Below are positions 33,133 to 42,361 of a stretch of DNA of 64,000 nucleotides, one piece after another (the stretch's first letter is position 1; each line of letters begins with the position of its first letter). Below the pieces are notes generated by a model that was not told where the DNA came from, made no database searches, and saw only the letters and a program-made list of their open reading frames with translations. The stretch spans positions 37,846 through 101,845 of the forward strand of contig JBBDNA010000008.1 of assembly GCA_040877915.1 (NCBI GenBank), given 5' to 3'. Source of the DNA: Dehalococcoidia bacterium. Its GTDB lineage: Bacteria > Chloroflexota > Dehalococcoidia > SM23-28-2 > RBG-16-64-32. The position numbers and the translations under genes were made by a program.

Positions 33133-34104
33133 CTAGCGGCGCGCCCGCCGCAGCCACACTCCGCCGGCGCCCATCGCCATCAGGCCGGCGACCATCATCG
33201 CCAGCCAGGGGAAGCCGGACTGGCCTGGCGGCGAGCCCGTGTCCGGCAGCTGGGAGGGCGCCGCCGCCGCGGGCGTGGCTGTTGGCGTGGCCGTCGCCGT
33301 CGGCTCGGGAGTGGCGGTCGGCGCGGCGGTGGGCTCCGGCGTGGGCGTGGGTGTAGGCGTGGGCTGGCCCACGACACCGGCCACATCGTGGCAGAGGTTG
33401 TCGAAGCCGACGCCGCCGTCGTCCGAATTCTGGACGGAGATGCCGGCGATGTCGTTTGCGCCGCCGGCGCGCTGGAACCCGTAGCTCTGATCGCTCAGTC
33501 CAGACAGGACGATGGAGTCGATCAGCGTACCGTCGCGCGCGAAGAAGTCCACCGTGGCATCGCCAGCGCCGCCGCCGACGAGGTCGAAGCCGAACTCCGA
33601 CTGGTCGAAGTCGAATAGGACGGCGAAGGCGCCTTCACCGACTGCTTCGAAATTGGGGAAGCCAGCGGGGCCAAGGCCGGCGAGGACCTGGCTGGGACCG
33701 TTGACGAACACGTTCAGGTTCTGGTTGGCCGCGCCCAGTTGCAGGGACAGCGGGTCGCTGGGCGTCCCGGATAGGACGTCGAAGTCGCCGTTCGCGGACA
33801 ACGTTTGCCCGGCGAACCGCTCGGCGAAGTCGGCGCCGTCGGACTCGAAGACGGCGTCGTAGTTGGTTCCCGGTGCGGCGCCGCCGGCCACGTCGTCAAA
33901 CGTGATATTGCCGTCGCAGACCAGCGTGGAAGGGTCAACCTGGGATATGGGTCCGTTCCCTGCCTCCGCGCGCTGCGGAACGGGAAACCCCGTCGCGGCC
34001 GCGATCGCCAGGACCGCCGCTGCCAGCGCCGTCACCACAGCAACGACTGTCAGCGTCCGCGTCAGACCTCCCGCGAGGCCCGCGCTTCGGTTGCGTTGGA
34101 TCAT
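33133..34104 (-). CDS. secreted LPDTG-anchored surface protein, unknown passenger domain
   Basis: 323 aa with an AAGGGGG RBS, an N-terminal signal/TM and a P/T/A-rich linker. C-terminus [39 protein letters not shown]. Confidence 0.7.
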   Translation of the reverse strand: MIQRNRSAGLAGGLTRTLTVVAVVTALAAAVLAIAAATGFPVPQRAEAGNGPISQVDPSTLVCDGNITFDDVAGGAAPGTNYDAVFESDGADFAERFAGQTLSANGDFDVLSGTPSDPLSLQLGAANQNLNVFVNGPSQVLAGLGPAGFPNFEAVGEGAFAVLFDFDQSEFGFDLVGGGAGDATVDFFARDGTLIDSIVLSGLSDQSYGFQRAGGANDIAGISVQNSDDGGVGFDNLCHDVAGVVGQPTPTPTPTPEPTAAPTATPEPTATATPTATPAAAAPSQLPDTGSPPGQSGFPWLAMMVAGLMAMGAGGVWLRRARR

Positions 34105-34136
34105 CGAATCCCCCTTCGAACGACGCGCTGCGCCAT

Positions 34137-35186
34137 CTATAGTCCGTTTTGACGCCGGGCGTGGCGCAGCCAGAGGGCGCCAATCGCCATCGCGGCGAGA
34201 CCGGCCGCAGCGGTCGCGAGCCAGGGGAAGCCGGACCCGCCCCCGGGCGCGGCGCCGGTGTCCGGGAGCTGCGCCGGGGCGGCCGTGGGCGTGGCCGTGG
34301 GCGTGGCGGTGGGCGCCGCGGTCGGGGCCGCCGTGGGCTCCGCCGTGGGTGTTGGTGTGGGCTCCGGCAGGCCGGTGGTGTAGAGGACGGCCAAGTTGTC
34401 GCTCAGCGTTTCGCCGTCGCCGCCCCAGTGGTAGCCAAGGCCTACGGTGTCGTCGCTGTTTATGCCGCTGGTAGCGGTGCCGCCAAAGTTCTCCTCGTCC
34501 AGGTCCTCGCCCGTGTCGTCGTTGAACTCGGTGTCCTGGTACTGAACCTTGATGTCGTTGCTGGTCTCGTAGAGGATCGTCTCGAAGGTCACGCCCTCGC
34601 CGGCCACGCAGTTGTCGCAGTCGTTGTGGCAGACGTCGTCGAACTGGACGACGAACGTGCGGTCCGGCGCCGAGCCGAAGGTCTGGTAGTAAACGTCACC
34701 GCATTCGCCTGGGTCCAGGTCGTCGAACCAGGGGGCGATGAGAGGGTTGCCGCCCCAGCCGCTGACGTCGTCGCAGTCCGTATCCGTATGGGGTATCGGG
34801 TTGCCTGACTCGTCGACAAGAGTGTCGTCCCAGTTGTAATTGTCGTTGCAGTCGTTGTCGATATCGAAGCTCAGGAAGCCGTTGGAGGAGATGTCCATCT
34901 CCGTGTAGTCGGTGCCGAAGAAGTTGAACGTGAAGGGGAGGGTGACGGTCTCCCAGTCGTCGTCTTCGTCCTCAACGTCGGAGAGCGTGCCGCCGGTGGC
35001 GTCCACCCACTCGAAGGTGGTTGTCGGATCGGGGGCGTTGCTGTCGATCCAGACGTACCCGGAAGCGTTCTCGCCGCTGGTGTCGGCGCTGGCACCGCCG
35101 AGGCCGCCGAAAGCGCCGATGATCGCTATCGCGGCGACTACGCAAGCGATTCCCAACCAGATGCGGACGTTCAACGCACGTGTCAT
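34137..35186 (-). CDS. secreted LPDTG-anchored surface protein (paralog of 35329-36375)
   Basis: 349 aa from ATG 35186 with an AAGGAGAG RBS and a signal peptide. LPFTFNFFGTDYTEMDISSNGFLSF is a NIDO-like motif. The passenger is acidic and Cys-containing, followed by a PT linker and QLPDTGAAPGGGSGFPWL + TM + RHARR. Confidence 0.7.
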   Translation of the reverse strand: MTRALNVRIWLGIACVVAAIAIIGAFGGLGGASADTSGENASGYVWIDSNAPDPTTTFEWVDATGGTLSDVEDEDDDWETVTLPFTFNFFGTDYTEMDISSNGFLSFDIDNDCNDNYNWDDTLVDESGNPIPHTDTDCDDVSGWGGNPLIAPWFDDLDPGECGDVYYQTFGSAPDRTFVVQFDDVCHNDCDNCVAGEGVTFETILYETSNDIKVQYQDTEFNDDTGEDLDEENFGGTATSGINSDDTVGLGYHWGGDGETLSDNLAVLYTTGLPEPTPTPTAEPTAAPTAAPTATPTATPTAAPAQLPDTGAAPGGGSGFPWLATAAAGLAAMAIGALWLRHARRQNGL

Positions 35187-35328
35187 TTGTGCTCTCCTTA
35201 TGCTAAGAGCGTACTCGCCATAGCTATTCCAAACGCCTACTCTAACCCAGCGGGCGTGAGGGGTCAATACGAAAGGTTACGGATTACGGTTGCAGAGGCC
35301 CGGTACCAGGCCGGCCCCTCCGGGTTGT

Positions 35329-36375
35329 TCAACGGACGCCAAGCGTCCGAGCGGCTATCCAGATACCGCCTCCGCCCAAGACTACCAGACCGCCCGCGAC
35401 CACCACAAGCCAGGGAAGGCCGGACTCGCCCGGGCCGGCGCCCGTGTTCGGGAGCTGAATGGCCGCGGCGACCGCCGTGGGCCCCGGCGTGAGGGAGAGC
35501 GCCTGGCCGCCGGTGGGCGTCGGTGACGGCGAGGGCGTCGGCGACGGCGAGGGCGCGGGAGCCGGTGTTGGCGTAGGGTCCGTCGCCCCCGTCGTGTACA
35601 GGACGGCGAGTCCGTCCACCAGAGGAGGCTCGCCGGCCCACGAGTAGCCCAGCCCGACGGCGCCGTCCTGGCTTATGCCGGTCGTGGCCGTGCCGCCGAA
35701 GTTCTCCTCCTGCAGGTCATCGAAGGTGTCGCCTTCGAAGAGAGTGTCCTGGTACTGGACTTTGATGTCGTTAGTCGTTTCGTACAGGATCGTCTCGAAG
35801 GTTATCCCCTGGCTCACAGCGCAGTGCCCGAAGCAATCGTCGTGGCAGACGTTGTCGAACTGGACGACGAAGGTCCGGTCCGGGGACGAGCCGAACGTCT
35901 CGTAGTAGACGTCGCCGCACTCGGCCGGGTCCAGGTCATCGAACCAGGAGGCGATGAGGGGGTTGTTGCCCCAGCCGCTTGTAACCGCGCAGTCCGCATC
36001 CGTGTAGGGAATCGGATTTCCCAGGTCGTTGCCGATGGAGTCGTCCCAGTTGTAGTTATCGTTGCATTCGTCGGGGTCGTCGAGGTCGAAGCTGATGATG
36101 CCGTTGGTGCCGATGTCGACCTGGGTGTACTCCGTTCCGAAGAAGCTGAACGCGAACGGCAGGTCTACCGCATCGGCGCAGTCGTCGCAGTCAGTGCCGG
36201 GAATGGCCGTGCCATCAGTCGCGTCCAACCACTGGAAAGCAACGGCCGGGGCCGGGGCGTTGCTGTCGACCCAGACGTAGCCGGAAGCGTTGTCGCCGCT
36301 CGTATCGGCGTTAACGTGGCCGGAAGCGCCCACCACAACCGCGGCCGCGAGGACGGCAGCCACCGCCAACCCCAT
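35329..36375 (-). CDS. secreted LPNTG-anchored surface protein (paralog of 34137-35186)
   Basis: 348 aa from ATG 36375. LPFAFSFFGTEYTQVDIGTNGIISF, a PSPSPTP linker, and QLPNTGAGPGESGLPWL + TM. The ancestral start position appears to be an ATC codon at 36403-36405 (see findings). Confidence 0.7.
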   Translation of the reverse strand: MGLAVAAVLAAAVVVGASGHVNADTSGDNASGYVWVDSNAPAPAVAFQWLDATDGTAIPGTDCDDCADAVDLPFAFSFFGTEYTQVDIGTNGIISFDLDDPDECNDNYNWDDSIGNDLGNPIPYTDADCAVTSGWGNNPLIASWFDDLDPAECGDVYYETFGSSPDRTFVVQFDNVCHDDCFGHCAVSQGITFETILYETTNDIKVQYQDTLFEGDTFDDLQEENFGGTATTGISQDGAVGLGYSWAGEPPLVDGLAVLYTTGATDPTPTPAPAPSPSPTPSPSPTPTGGQALSLTPGPTAVAAAIQLPNTGAGPGESGLPWLVVVAGGLVVLGGGGIWIAARTLGVR

Positions 36376-36519
36376 GCGGATACGGGCGACTGGAGTGCGT
36401 GTGATGCGGGCCCCCTTATGCTGGTGTGGCGCTTTGACGCCATGCCACTGACGCGCTTTAGCTCGTAGAAATCTACAGGAATGCAGCGGTTCGCGTCAAC
36501 GCGACCGATTACGGGCGGC

Positions 36520-38385
36520 CTAGGCCACGCCCGCTTGCTCGTACGTCATGCGATACAGCCGCGCGTACAGGCCGTCCCGCGCCAGCAGCTCCTCGTGCGT
36601 CCCCATCTCGGCGATGCGACCGCCCTCCAGCACGACGACGCGGTCCGCCCCCCGCACCGTCGATAGCCGGTGCGCGATCACGAACGACGTCCGGCCCCGC
36701 AACAGTCGCTTCAGGGCTCGCTGGATCACCACCTCCGTGCGCGTGTCCACGTTCGCCGTCGCCTCGTCCAGGATCAGGATGCGTGGCTCCGCCAGCACCG
36801 CCCGCGCGAAGGCGATCAGCTGCCGCTGCCCCTGCGACAGGTTCTGCCCCCGCTCCCGCAGCAGCGTCTCGTACCCCTCTGGTAGCCGCTCGATGAAGTC
36901 GTGCGCGCCCACCGCCGCCGCCGCCGCCGCGATCTCCTCGTCCGTCGCCTCCAGGCGCCCGTAGCGGATGTTCTCGCGAACGCTGCCGGAGAAGATGAAC
37001 GGGTCCTGCAGCACGATGCCCAGGCGTCGCGCCAGCGACTCCCGCTTCACCTGCCGGATGTCGATGCCGTCGATGCGCAGACGTCCTTCGCTGACGTCGT
37101 AGAAGCGGGCCACCAGCGACGTAAGCGTGCTTTTCCCCGCTCCCGTGGGCCCCACGATGGCCAGCGTCTCGCCGACCCGCACCTGGAGGTCGATGGCGTC
37201 CAGCACCTTCACGCCCTCCACGTACTGGAAGCTCACGTTCTCGAACGTCACCTCGCCGCGAACGTCGGCCAGCTCCACAGCGTCGGGCGCGTCCACTATC
37301 TCCGGCACCGTGTCCAGCACCTCGAAGATGCGCTGGCCGCCGGCCATCGCCCGCTGCAGCTGGGTGTACTGCAGCACCAGGTCGCGGATCGGGTCGAAGA
37401 AGCGCTGCACGTACAGCGCGAACGCCACCACCACGCCGATGGTCAGCGTGCCATCGATCACGCGCAGCCCGCCGAAGACGACGACCAGCGCCGTCGCCGC
37501 CGCCACAATCACTTCCATCAGCGGCATCACCGCCGCCGTCAGACGCCCCGCCTCCACGTTCGCGCTCCAGTTGTCCGAGTTCACGGCATCGAACCGGCGA
37601 GAGTTCTCACCTTCGCGCGACATGCTCTGGACGACGCGCACGCCGGACACGTTCTCCTGCAGGTTCGCGTTCACCACCGCTATCGCCTGGCGCACGCGGA
37701 TGAAGGCGTGCCGCGCCCGCGCCTGCCACAGCGCCATGGCCACGATCAGCACCGGGATCACCGTGAACGTTATCAGCGCCAGCTCCACGTCCAGGTACAT
37801 CAGGAAAAACACCACCAGCCCCAGCCCAACGAAGTCCGCCAGGATCGTCAGGAAACCGGTCGTCAGCAGCTCCTGCAGCACCGTGACGTCGTTCTGCACC
37901 CGCGACATCACGCGCCCAACCTCGGTGCGGTCCAGGAAGCTCAGCGACAGCTTCTGGATATGGTCGAACATCTTCGTGCGCAAGGTCAGCAGCACGTTGT
38001 GGCCCACGAACGCCGTCAGCAGCTGCTGCGTGGCCTGGCCGGCCCAACCCAGCACCGCCAGCGCTACCAGCGCCGCGCCGATCATGTTCAACCCCGACAG
38101 GTCGCCGGTGGGGATGAACTCGTCGATGGCCAGGCCGATGAGGAATGGCTGGGTGCTGGACGCGGCCGCGAACACCACCATCCCCACGATCGCAAACGTC
38201 ACGCGCAGGCGGTACGGTCTCAGGTATGGCAGCAGCCGCACCACCACCGAGTGGTCGTAGGGCCGCCCCAGCTCGTCGTCGTCCCAGCCGTCCACGCTGC
38301 GTTTGAGGCCGGAGCCCGGACGCCCTCCCGTTGGTTGGTGGGCCTGGCTCCAGCCGCCGGCGGCGCCGCCGCCCCAGTACGACAT
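36520..38385 (-). CDS. ABC transporter ATP-binding/permease protein (type I exporter half-transporter)
   Basis: 621 aa from ATG 38385 (MSYWGGG...). Six TM segments, Walker A GPTGAGKST, signature LSQGQRQ and Walker B ILILDEAT. The upstream 340 aa of the 961-aa track ORF overlap the partner gene in another frame and are rejected. Confidence 0.9.
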   Translation of the reverse strand: MSYWGGGAAGGWSQAHQPTGGRPGSGLKRSVDGWDDDELGRPYDHSVVVRLLPYLRPYRLRVTFAIVGMVVFAAASSTQPFLIGLAIDEFIPTGDLSGLNMIGAALVALAVLGWAGQATQQLLTAFVGHNVLLTLRTKMFDHIQKLSLSFLDRTEVGRVMSRVQNDVTVLQELLTTGFLTILADFVGLGLVVFFLMYLDVELALITFTVIPVLIVAMALWQARARHAFIRVRQAIAVVNANLQENVSGVRVVQSMSREGENSRRFDAVNSDNWSANVEAGRLTAAVMPLMEVIVAAATALVVVFGGLRVIDGTLTIGVVVAFALYVQRFFDPIRDLVLQYTQLQRAMAGGQRIFEVLDTVPEIVDAPDAVELADVRGEVTFENVSFQYVEGVKVLDAIDLQVRVGETLAIVGPTGAGKSTLTSLVARFYDVSEGRLRIDGIDIRQVKRESLARRLGIVLQDPFIFSGSVRENIRYGRLEATDEEIAAAAAAVGAHDFIERLPEGYETLLRERGQNLSQGQRQLIAFARAVLAEPRILILDEATANVDTRTEVVIQRALKRLLRGRTSFVIAHRLSTVRGADRVVVLEGGRIAEMGTHEELLARDGLYARLYRMTYEQAGVA

Positions 38386-38387
38386 GG

Positions 38388-40178
38388 CTAGCTCCCGGCC
38401 GCCGTGGCCGGCGCCGCCAGCGCCTCCTCCTGGTCGCGCAGCTCCAGGTCGTAGATCTGCCGGTACAGGCCGTCCCGCGCCAGCAGCTGCGAGTGAGTTC
38501 CCCGCTCGGCGATCTCGCCGCGGTCCAGCACCAGGATCTGGTCCGCCATCTTCACCGTGCGCAGCCGCTGCGCTATCACGAACGTCGTGCGGCCCTTCAT
38601 CAGGTCGGAGAGAGTCTGCTGGATAAGGTATTCCGTCTCCGTGTCCACGCTCGAAGTCGAGTCGTCCAGGATCAGGATGCGCGGGTCCATCAGCAGCGTC
38701 CGGGCGATGGCGATGCGCTGCTTCTGGCCGCCGGACAGCGTCACGCCGCGCTCGCCGACCCAGGTATCGTACCCGTCCGGCAGCCCAGCGATGAAGTCGT
38801 GGATGTAGGCCGCCTTCGCCGCCTCCTCGATCCGCTCCTGGGTCGCGTCGACGGCCCCGTAGGCGATGTTGTCCCGCATCGTCGCCGAGAACAGGAACAC
38901 GTCCTGCTGCACCGTGCCGATAACCTGCCGCAGCGAGGCCAGCGTGGCGTCGCGGATGTCCACGCCGTCGATCGTTATCCGCCCTGCCGTGACGTCGTAG
39001 AAGCGCGGCATCAGGTTCACGACCGTCGTCTTGCCGCTCCCCGTCGGGCCCATCAGCGCGATCACCTGCCCCGGCTTCGCCTCCAGGTCCACGCCACTCA
39101 GCACCGGGCTGATCACCTCGTACCCGAACGACACACCTTCGAACCGCACCTCGCCGCGAACGTCCCGCAGCTCCACCGCGCCGGCTTTCTCTTTCACCGC
39201 CGACTCCGCGTCCAGGATTTCGAAGATCCGCTGCCCCGCCGACTGCGCCCGCGAGGTGATCATCACGATCCAGCCCAGCATCCGCACCGGCATGTTCAGG
39301 ATCGACAGGTAGAGCAGGAACGCCGTCAGCTCGCCGATGCTCAGGTTGCCGTTGACGACCTGGCGCCCGCCGAACCACAGCGTCGCCGCGAACGCCCCCA
39401 GCCACAGGCCCGACATCAACGGCGAGTTGATCGCCTGTATCCGGCTCGATTCGTACGAGTACTCGAACAGTGCCTCCGCTTCACGCCGGAACTTCTCGCC
39501 CTCGTACTTCTCCCGCGCGAACGCCTTCACCACGCGCACGCCGGTGAGCGCCTCCTGCAGCACAGTCGTCAGCCGGCCGAGGCCCTCCTGCACCTTCATC
39601 CACATCGGACGCAGGCTCAGGGCCATCACCGTGGACCGCCAGGCGATGAGCGGCACGAACGCCCACACGGCCAGCGTCAGCTTCCAGTCGGAGAAGGCCA
39701 TCAGCACCAGCACCGCCGTCAGGAGCAGCACGATGTAGCCCAGCCGCAGCACGCCCATGTGGATGAACCAGCGGATCGCCTCCACGTCCTGCGTCGCCCG
39801 CGACATCAGCTGACCCGTCTGCTGCCGGTCGTGGTACGCGTACGAGAGCCGCTGCAAACGATCGTAGATGCTGTTCCGCAGGTCATAGGCCACCCGCTGC
39901 GAGATCCACTCCCCCTGGTACGTCTGGAAGTACGTGAACGCGCCCCGGGCCAGCGCCGCCCCGACCACGGCCAGCGCCGCGATCACCAGGGTCCGCGTAT
40001 TGCCATCGGTCACGACCTCGCCGTCCACGACTTCCACACCCACCCCGAAGTTGATCGCCCAGCTGATCAGCTGCGGGATAATCAGCACGAAGCCGCTGGC
40101 CCCGATGACACCGACGATCGCCGCGGCGACCCTCATCTTGTAGGGGCGAAGGAATGTCAGCAGTCTTATCGCGTACAT
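38388..40178 (-). CDS. ABC transporter ATP-binding/permease protein (type I exporter half-transporter)
   Basis: 596 aa with six TM segments, Walker A GPTGSGKTT, signature LSGGQKQ and Walker B ILILDDST. Its stop lies 2 nt before the partner gene's start. Confidence 0.9.
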   Translation of the reverse strand: MYAIRLLTFLRPYKMRVAAAIVGVIGASGFVLIIPQLISWAINFGVGVEVVDGEVVTDGNTRTLVIAALAVVGAALARGAFTYFQTYQGEWISQRVAYDLRNSIYDRLQRLSYAYHDRQQTGQLMSRATQDVEAIRWFIHMGVLRLGYIVLLLTAVLVLMAFSDWKLTLAVWAFVPLIAWRSTVMALSLRPMWMKVQEGLGRLTTVLQEALTGVRVVKAFAREKYEGEKFRREAEALFEYSYESSRIQAINSPLMSGLWLGAFAATLWFGGRQVVNGNLSIGELTAFLLYLSILNMPVRMLGWIVMITSRAQSAGQRIFEILDAESAVKEKAGAVELRDVRGEVRFEGVSFGYEVISPVLSGVDLEAKPGQVIALMGPTGSGKTTVVNLMPRFYDVTAGRITIDGVDIRDATLASLRQVIGTVQQDVFLFSATMRDNIAYGAVDATQERIEEAAKAAYIHDFIAGLPDGYDTWVGERGVTLSGGQKQRIAIARTLLMDPRILILDDSTSSVDTETEYLIQQTLSDLMKGRTTFVIAQRLRTVKMADQILVLDRGEIAERGTHSQLLARDGLYRQIYDLELRDQEEALAAPATAAGS

Positions 40179-40272
40179 AGGTCAGAAACGCCCTCGGCAG
40201 CGCTACGGGATACGCATATTCTAGGCTGACCTCACGCTAACGTAAAGGCGCGGGTGCGGGGGTGGGGGAACA

Positions 40273-40356
40273 CGCTGACCCCCTCTCCCCGGCCTGACGG
40301 CCACCCCTCTCCCACAAGCGGGAGAGGGGACGGGGGTGAGGGCACCCCGGTCAGCC
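40273..40356. repeat. GC-rich hairpin element in a divergent promoter region
   Basis: Perfect 10-bp stem cccctctccc-acaagc-gggagagggg (40304-40329), nested within outer inverted repeats gctgacc...ggtcagc. Confidence 0.5.
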
Positions 40357-40404
40357 GCCACGTTGCCGAACGCGCCAGCCGCTTGCTAGAATAGCGCCCT
40401 GACC

Positions 40405-41094
40405 ATGCAGACCACCTCTCCGCCCCACACCTCGCCCACCGCCGTCCACCAGATCGTGCGGCCCATGCAGCTCACCGATATCCCCCAGGTCATGGAGGTG
40501 GAGCAGCAGTCCTTCCCCACCATGTGGCCCCCCACCGCCTTCAAGCGCGAGATCCAGCAGAACCGCCTCGCCCGCTACCTGGTCGCCGTACAGCGCCGCG
40601 GCGACGCCCCGCCCCGCGACGACAGCAACGGCCACCATACCTCGAACGGCCTGCAGCGCCTCCTCGGCGGCCTCCGCCAGATGTGGGACACCGACGACAC
40701 CTCGCCCGAGGAACGCGAGGAGCTCGTCGTCGGCTTCATCGGCGTCTGGATGCTCGCCGACGAGGCCCACGTCGTCACCATCGCCGTCCGCGACAGCCAT
40801 CGCCGCCGCGGCATCGGCGAGCTGCTGCTCATCGCCGCCGTCGAGACCGCCCTCCGCGAGCGGCAGGCCGTCGTCACCCTGGAGTGCCGCGTCTCCAACA
40901 CCGTCGCCATCCGCCTCTACGAGAAGTACGGCTTCCAGCAGGTGGGCCTGCGCCCCCACTACTACTCGGACAACCAGGAGGACGCCTACATCCTCACCGC
41001 CGAAGCGATCACCACCGAAGCCTACCGGCAGCGCTTCGAGGAGCTGCGCGGCCAGCACCGCCACCGCTGGGGCGGCTACCGGCTCGACCTCTAG
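40405..41094 (+). CDS. rimI: ribosomal-protein-alanine N-acetyltransferase
   Basis: 229 aa. IRPMQLTDIPQVMEVEQQSFPTMW is a RimI-type N-terminus. GNAT motif A is RRRGIGELLL. There is an internal ~40-aa insertion relative to short RimI proteins. Confidence 0.75.
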   Translation: MQTTSPPHTSPTAVHQIVRPMQLTDIPQVMEVEQQSFPTMWPPTAFKREIQQNRLARYLVAVQRRGDAPPRDDSNGHHTSNGLQRLLGGLRQMWDTDDTSPEEREELVVGFIGVWMLADEAHVVTIAVRDSHRRRGIGELLLIAAVETALRERQAVVTLECRVSNTVAIRLYEKYGFQQVGLRPHYYSDNQEDAYILTAEAITTEAYRQRFEELRGQHRHRWGGYRLDL

Positions 41095-41105
41095 TCCGCG
41101 ATCCG

Positions 41106-41501
41106 ATGACCGATCTGCGCGAGCTCGCCCCCATCACCGTCGAGCTATTCGTCCCCGACGTTGACGCCAGCGCCCGCTTCTACACCGAGAACCTCGGCTT
41201 CGAGCTACTGCGTCTCGAACGCGAGGGCGAACGCGCCACCTTCGCCGTCGTCGCACTGGGCCGCGCCCTGATGCTCATCGCCCACGACGGTCTCGCCGCC
41301 AGCGTCGGTCTGTCGAAGGGCTCCGGCGAGGGCCTCAGCGTCCGCGTCATCGTCGACGACGTCGACGCCGTCTACGCCAGGGCCCGCGAACGCGGCCTCA
41401 CGATCGTCGCCGATATCGGCGACCGCTACTACGGCCTGCGCGACTTCTCGCTCCAGGACGGGGACGGTTTCCACATGCGCTTCGCGTCCCCTCGCCGCTA
41501 G
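41106..41501 (+). CDS. VOC (glyoxalase/bleomycin-resistance) family protein
   Basis: 131 aa from ATG 41106. It shows the beta-alpha-beta-beta-beta pattern, with DVDASARFYTENLGFEL and GLRDFSLQDGDGFHMRF. Confidence 0.8.
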   Translation: MTDLRELAPITVELFVPDVDASARFYTENLGFELLRLEREGERATFAVVALGRALMLIAHDGLAASVGLSKGSGEGLSVRVIVDDVDAVYARARERGLTIVADIGDRYYGLRDFSLQDGDGFHMRFASPRR

Positions 41502-41610
41502 GGCGGCCCTTCTCCCCGATTGCTCCGGAATGTGACTGCCGTCATATCGCGCCGCCGTCCGCGGTTGATACAAGGATACTGTAAGAGCCCACGATCGACA
41601 GGAGGGCGTC

Positions 41611-41880
41611 ATGGAAATAGAGCTTTCGGCAAGAGCGAAGATGGCCGAGATTCGGCGGGAGGTGGAGAGCGTTCGCCTGCGACCCGGCGACCGCGTTCTC
41701 ATCGTCGACGCGCCGTCCTGGTGCCGGCGCTACTTCGCCGGGCGGGAGGGCCGAGTGGCCCGCACCTTCCCCTTCGGCGACGTCTGGGTCCGCTTCGAGC
41801 GGCCCGTGGAGCCCTGGTGCGAGAGCATGGACCCCGTCGAGGAGTTCCCGTTCGCGCCCGCCCAGCTCGCCGCCGCCTGA
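41611..41880 (+). CDS. hypothetical small protein
   Basis: 89 aa with a GGAGGG RBS 6 nt upstream and coding-like composition. No recognisable motif. Confidence 0.5.
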   Translation: MEIELSARAKMAEIRREVESVRLRPGDRVLIVDAPSWCRRYFAGREGRVARTFPFGDVWVRFERPVEPWCESMDPVEEFPFAPAQLAAA

Positions 41881-41928
41881 GGCAGCCACGGAGGGTCAGG
41901 CTTCAGCCTGACAGAGACTCGCCGCAGC

Positions 41929-42228
41929 CTAGCGGCCCGTCCTGGTCGCCAGCCACAGCAGCACCGTAGCCGGCGCCAGCACCAGCAGGTGCACAGGCCC
42001 CAGGAACACCGCCCCGACGAACGCTATCACCAGCGAGGCGACCAGCGTTCCCTGGAGCACCCGCTGCCGCAGCTCCGTCCTTGTGGCCGAGGCCCACACC
42101 GCGGGAACGTAGACCGTCGCCATCACGCCCGGCGCCAGCGCCAGCGCCCGGTCCGTCTGCCCTGGGGGGTCCACCGCCAGCTCTACAGCCAGCGCGGCCA
42201 TCGGCCCGGCGCCCAGCGCTGCCCCCAC
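41929..42228 (-). CDS. hypothetical small membrane protein
   Basis: 99 aa with 2-3 hydrophobic segments. No RBS found, and it overlaps alternative-frame ORFs, so support is weak. Confidence 0.3.
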   Translation of the reverse strand: MGAALGAGPMAALAVELAVDPPGQTDRALALAPGVMATVYVPAVWASATRTELRQRVLQGTLVASLVIAFVGAVFLGPVHLLVLAPATVLLWLATRTGR

Positions 42229-42361
42229 CAGCCCCGCCCACGATACCGCCGCCTGCGGCGACTCCTCCCGTTTCGCCGCCGGCGGCGGCGCGACCGTCGC
42301 CGCCTCGCCGGAGCGCCCCCGCGACCGCCGCTCCCGACGGCGCTCCCGGCCCCGCCGCGCC

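Noticed and set aside
38386-39405. N-terminal 340 aa of the 961-aa track ORF 36520-39405, which would make one giant ABC protein
   Set aside because: This part overlaps the upstream ABC gene (38388-40178) in another frame and is low-complexity R/G/A/P. The real start is ATG 38385 (MSYWGGG...), 2 nt after the partner's stop.
41903-42241. 112-aa and other overlapping ORFs between the small protein gene and the acyl-CoA synthetase gene
   Set aside because: These are Gly/Ala/Arg-rich shadow frames. Only the 99-aa hydrophobic frame (41929-42228) is kept, at low confidence.
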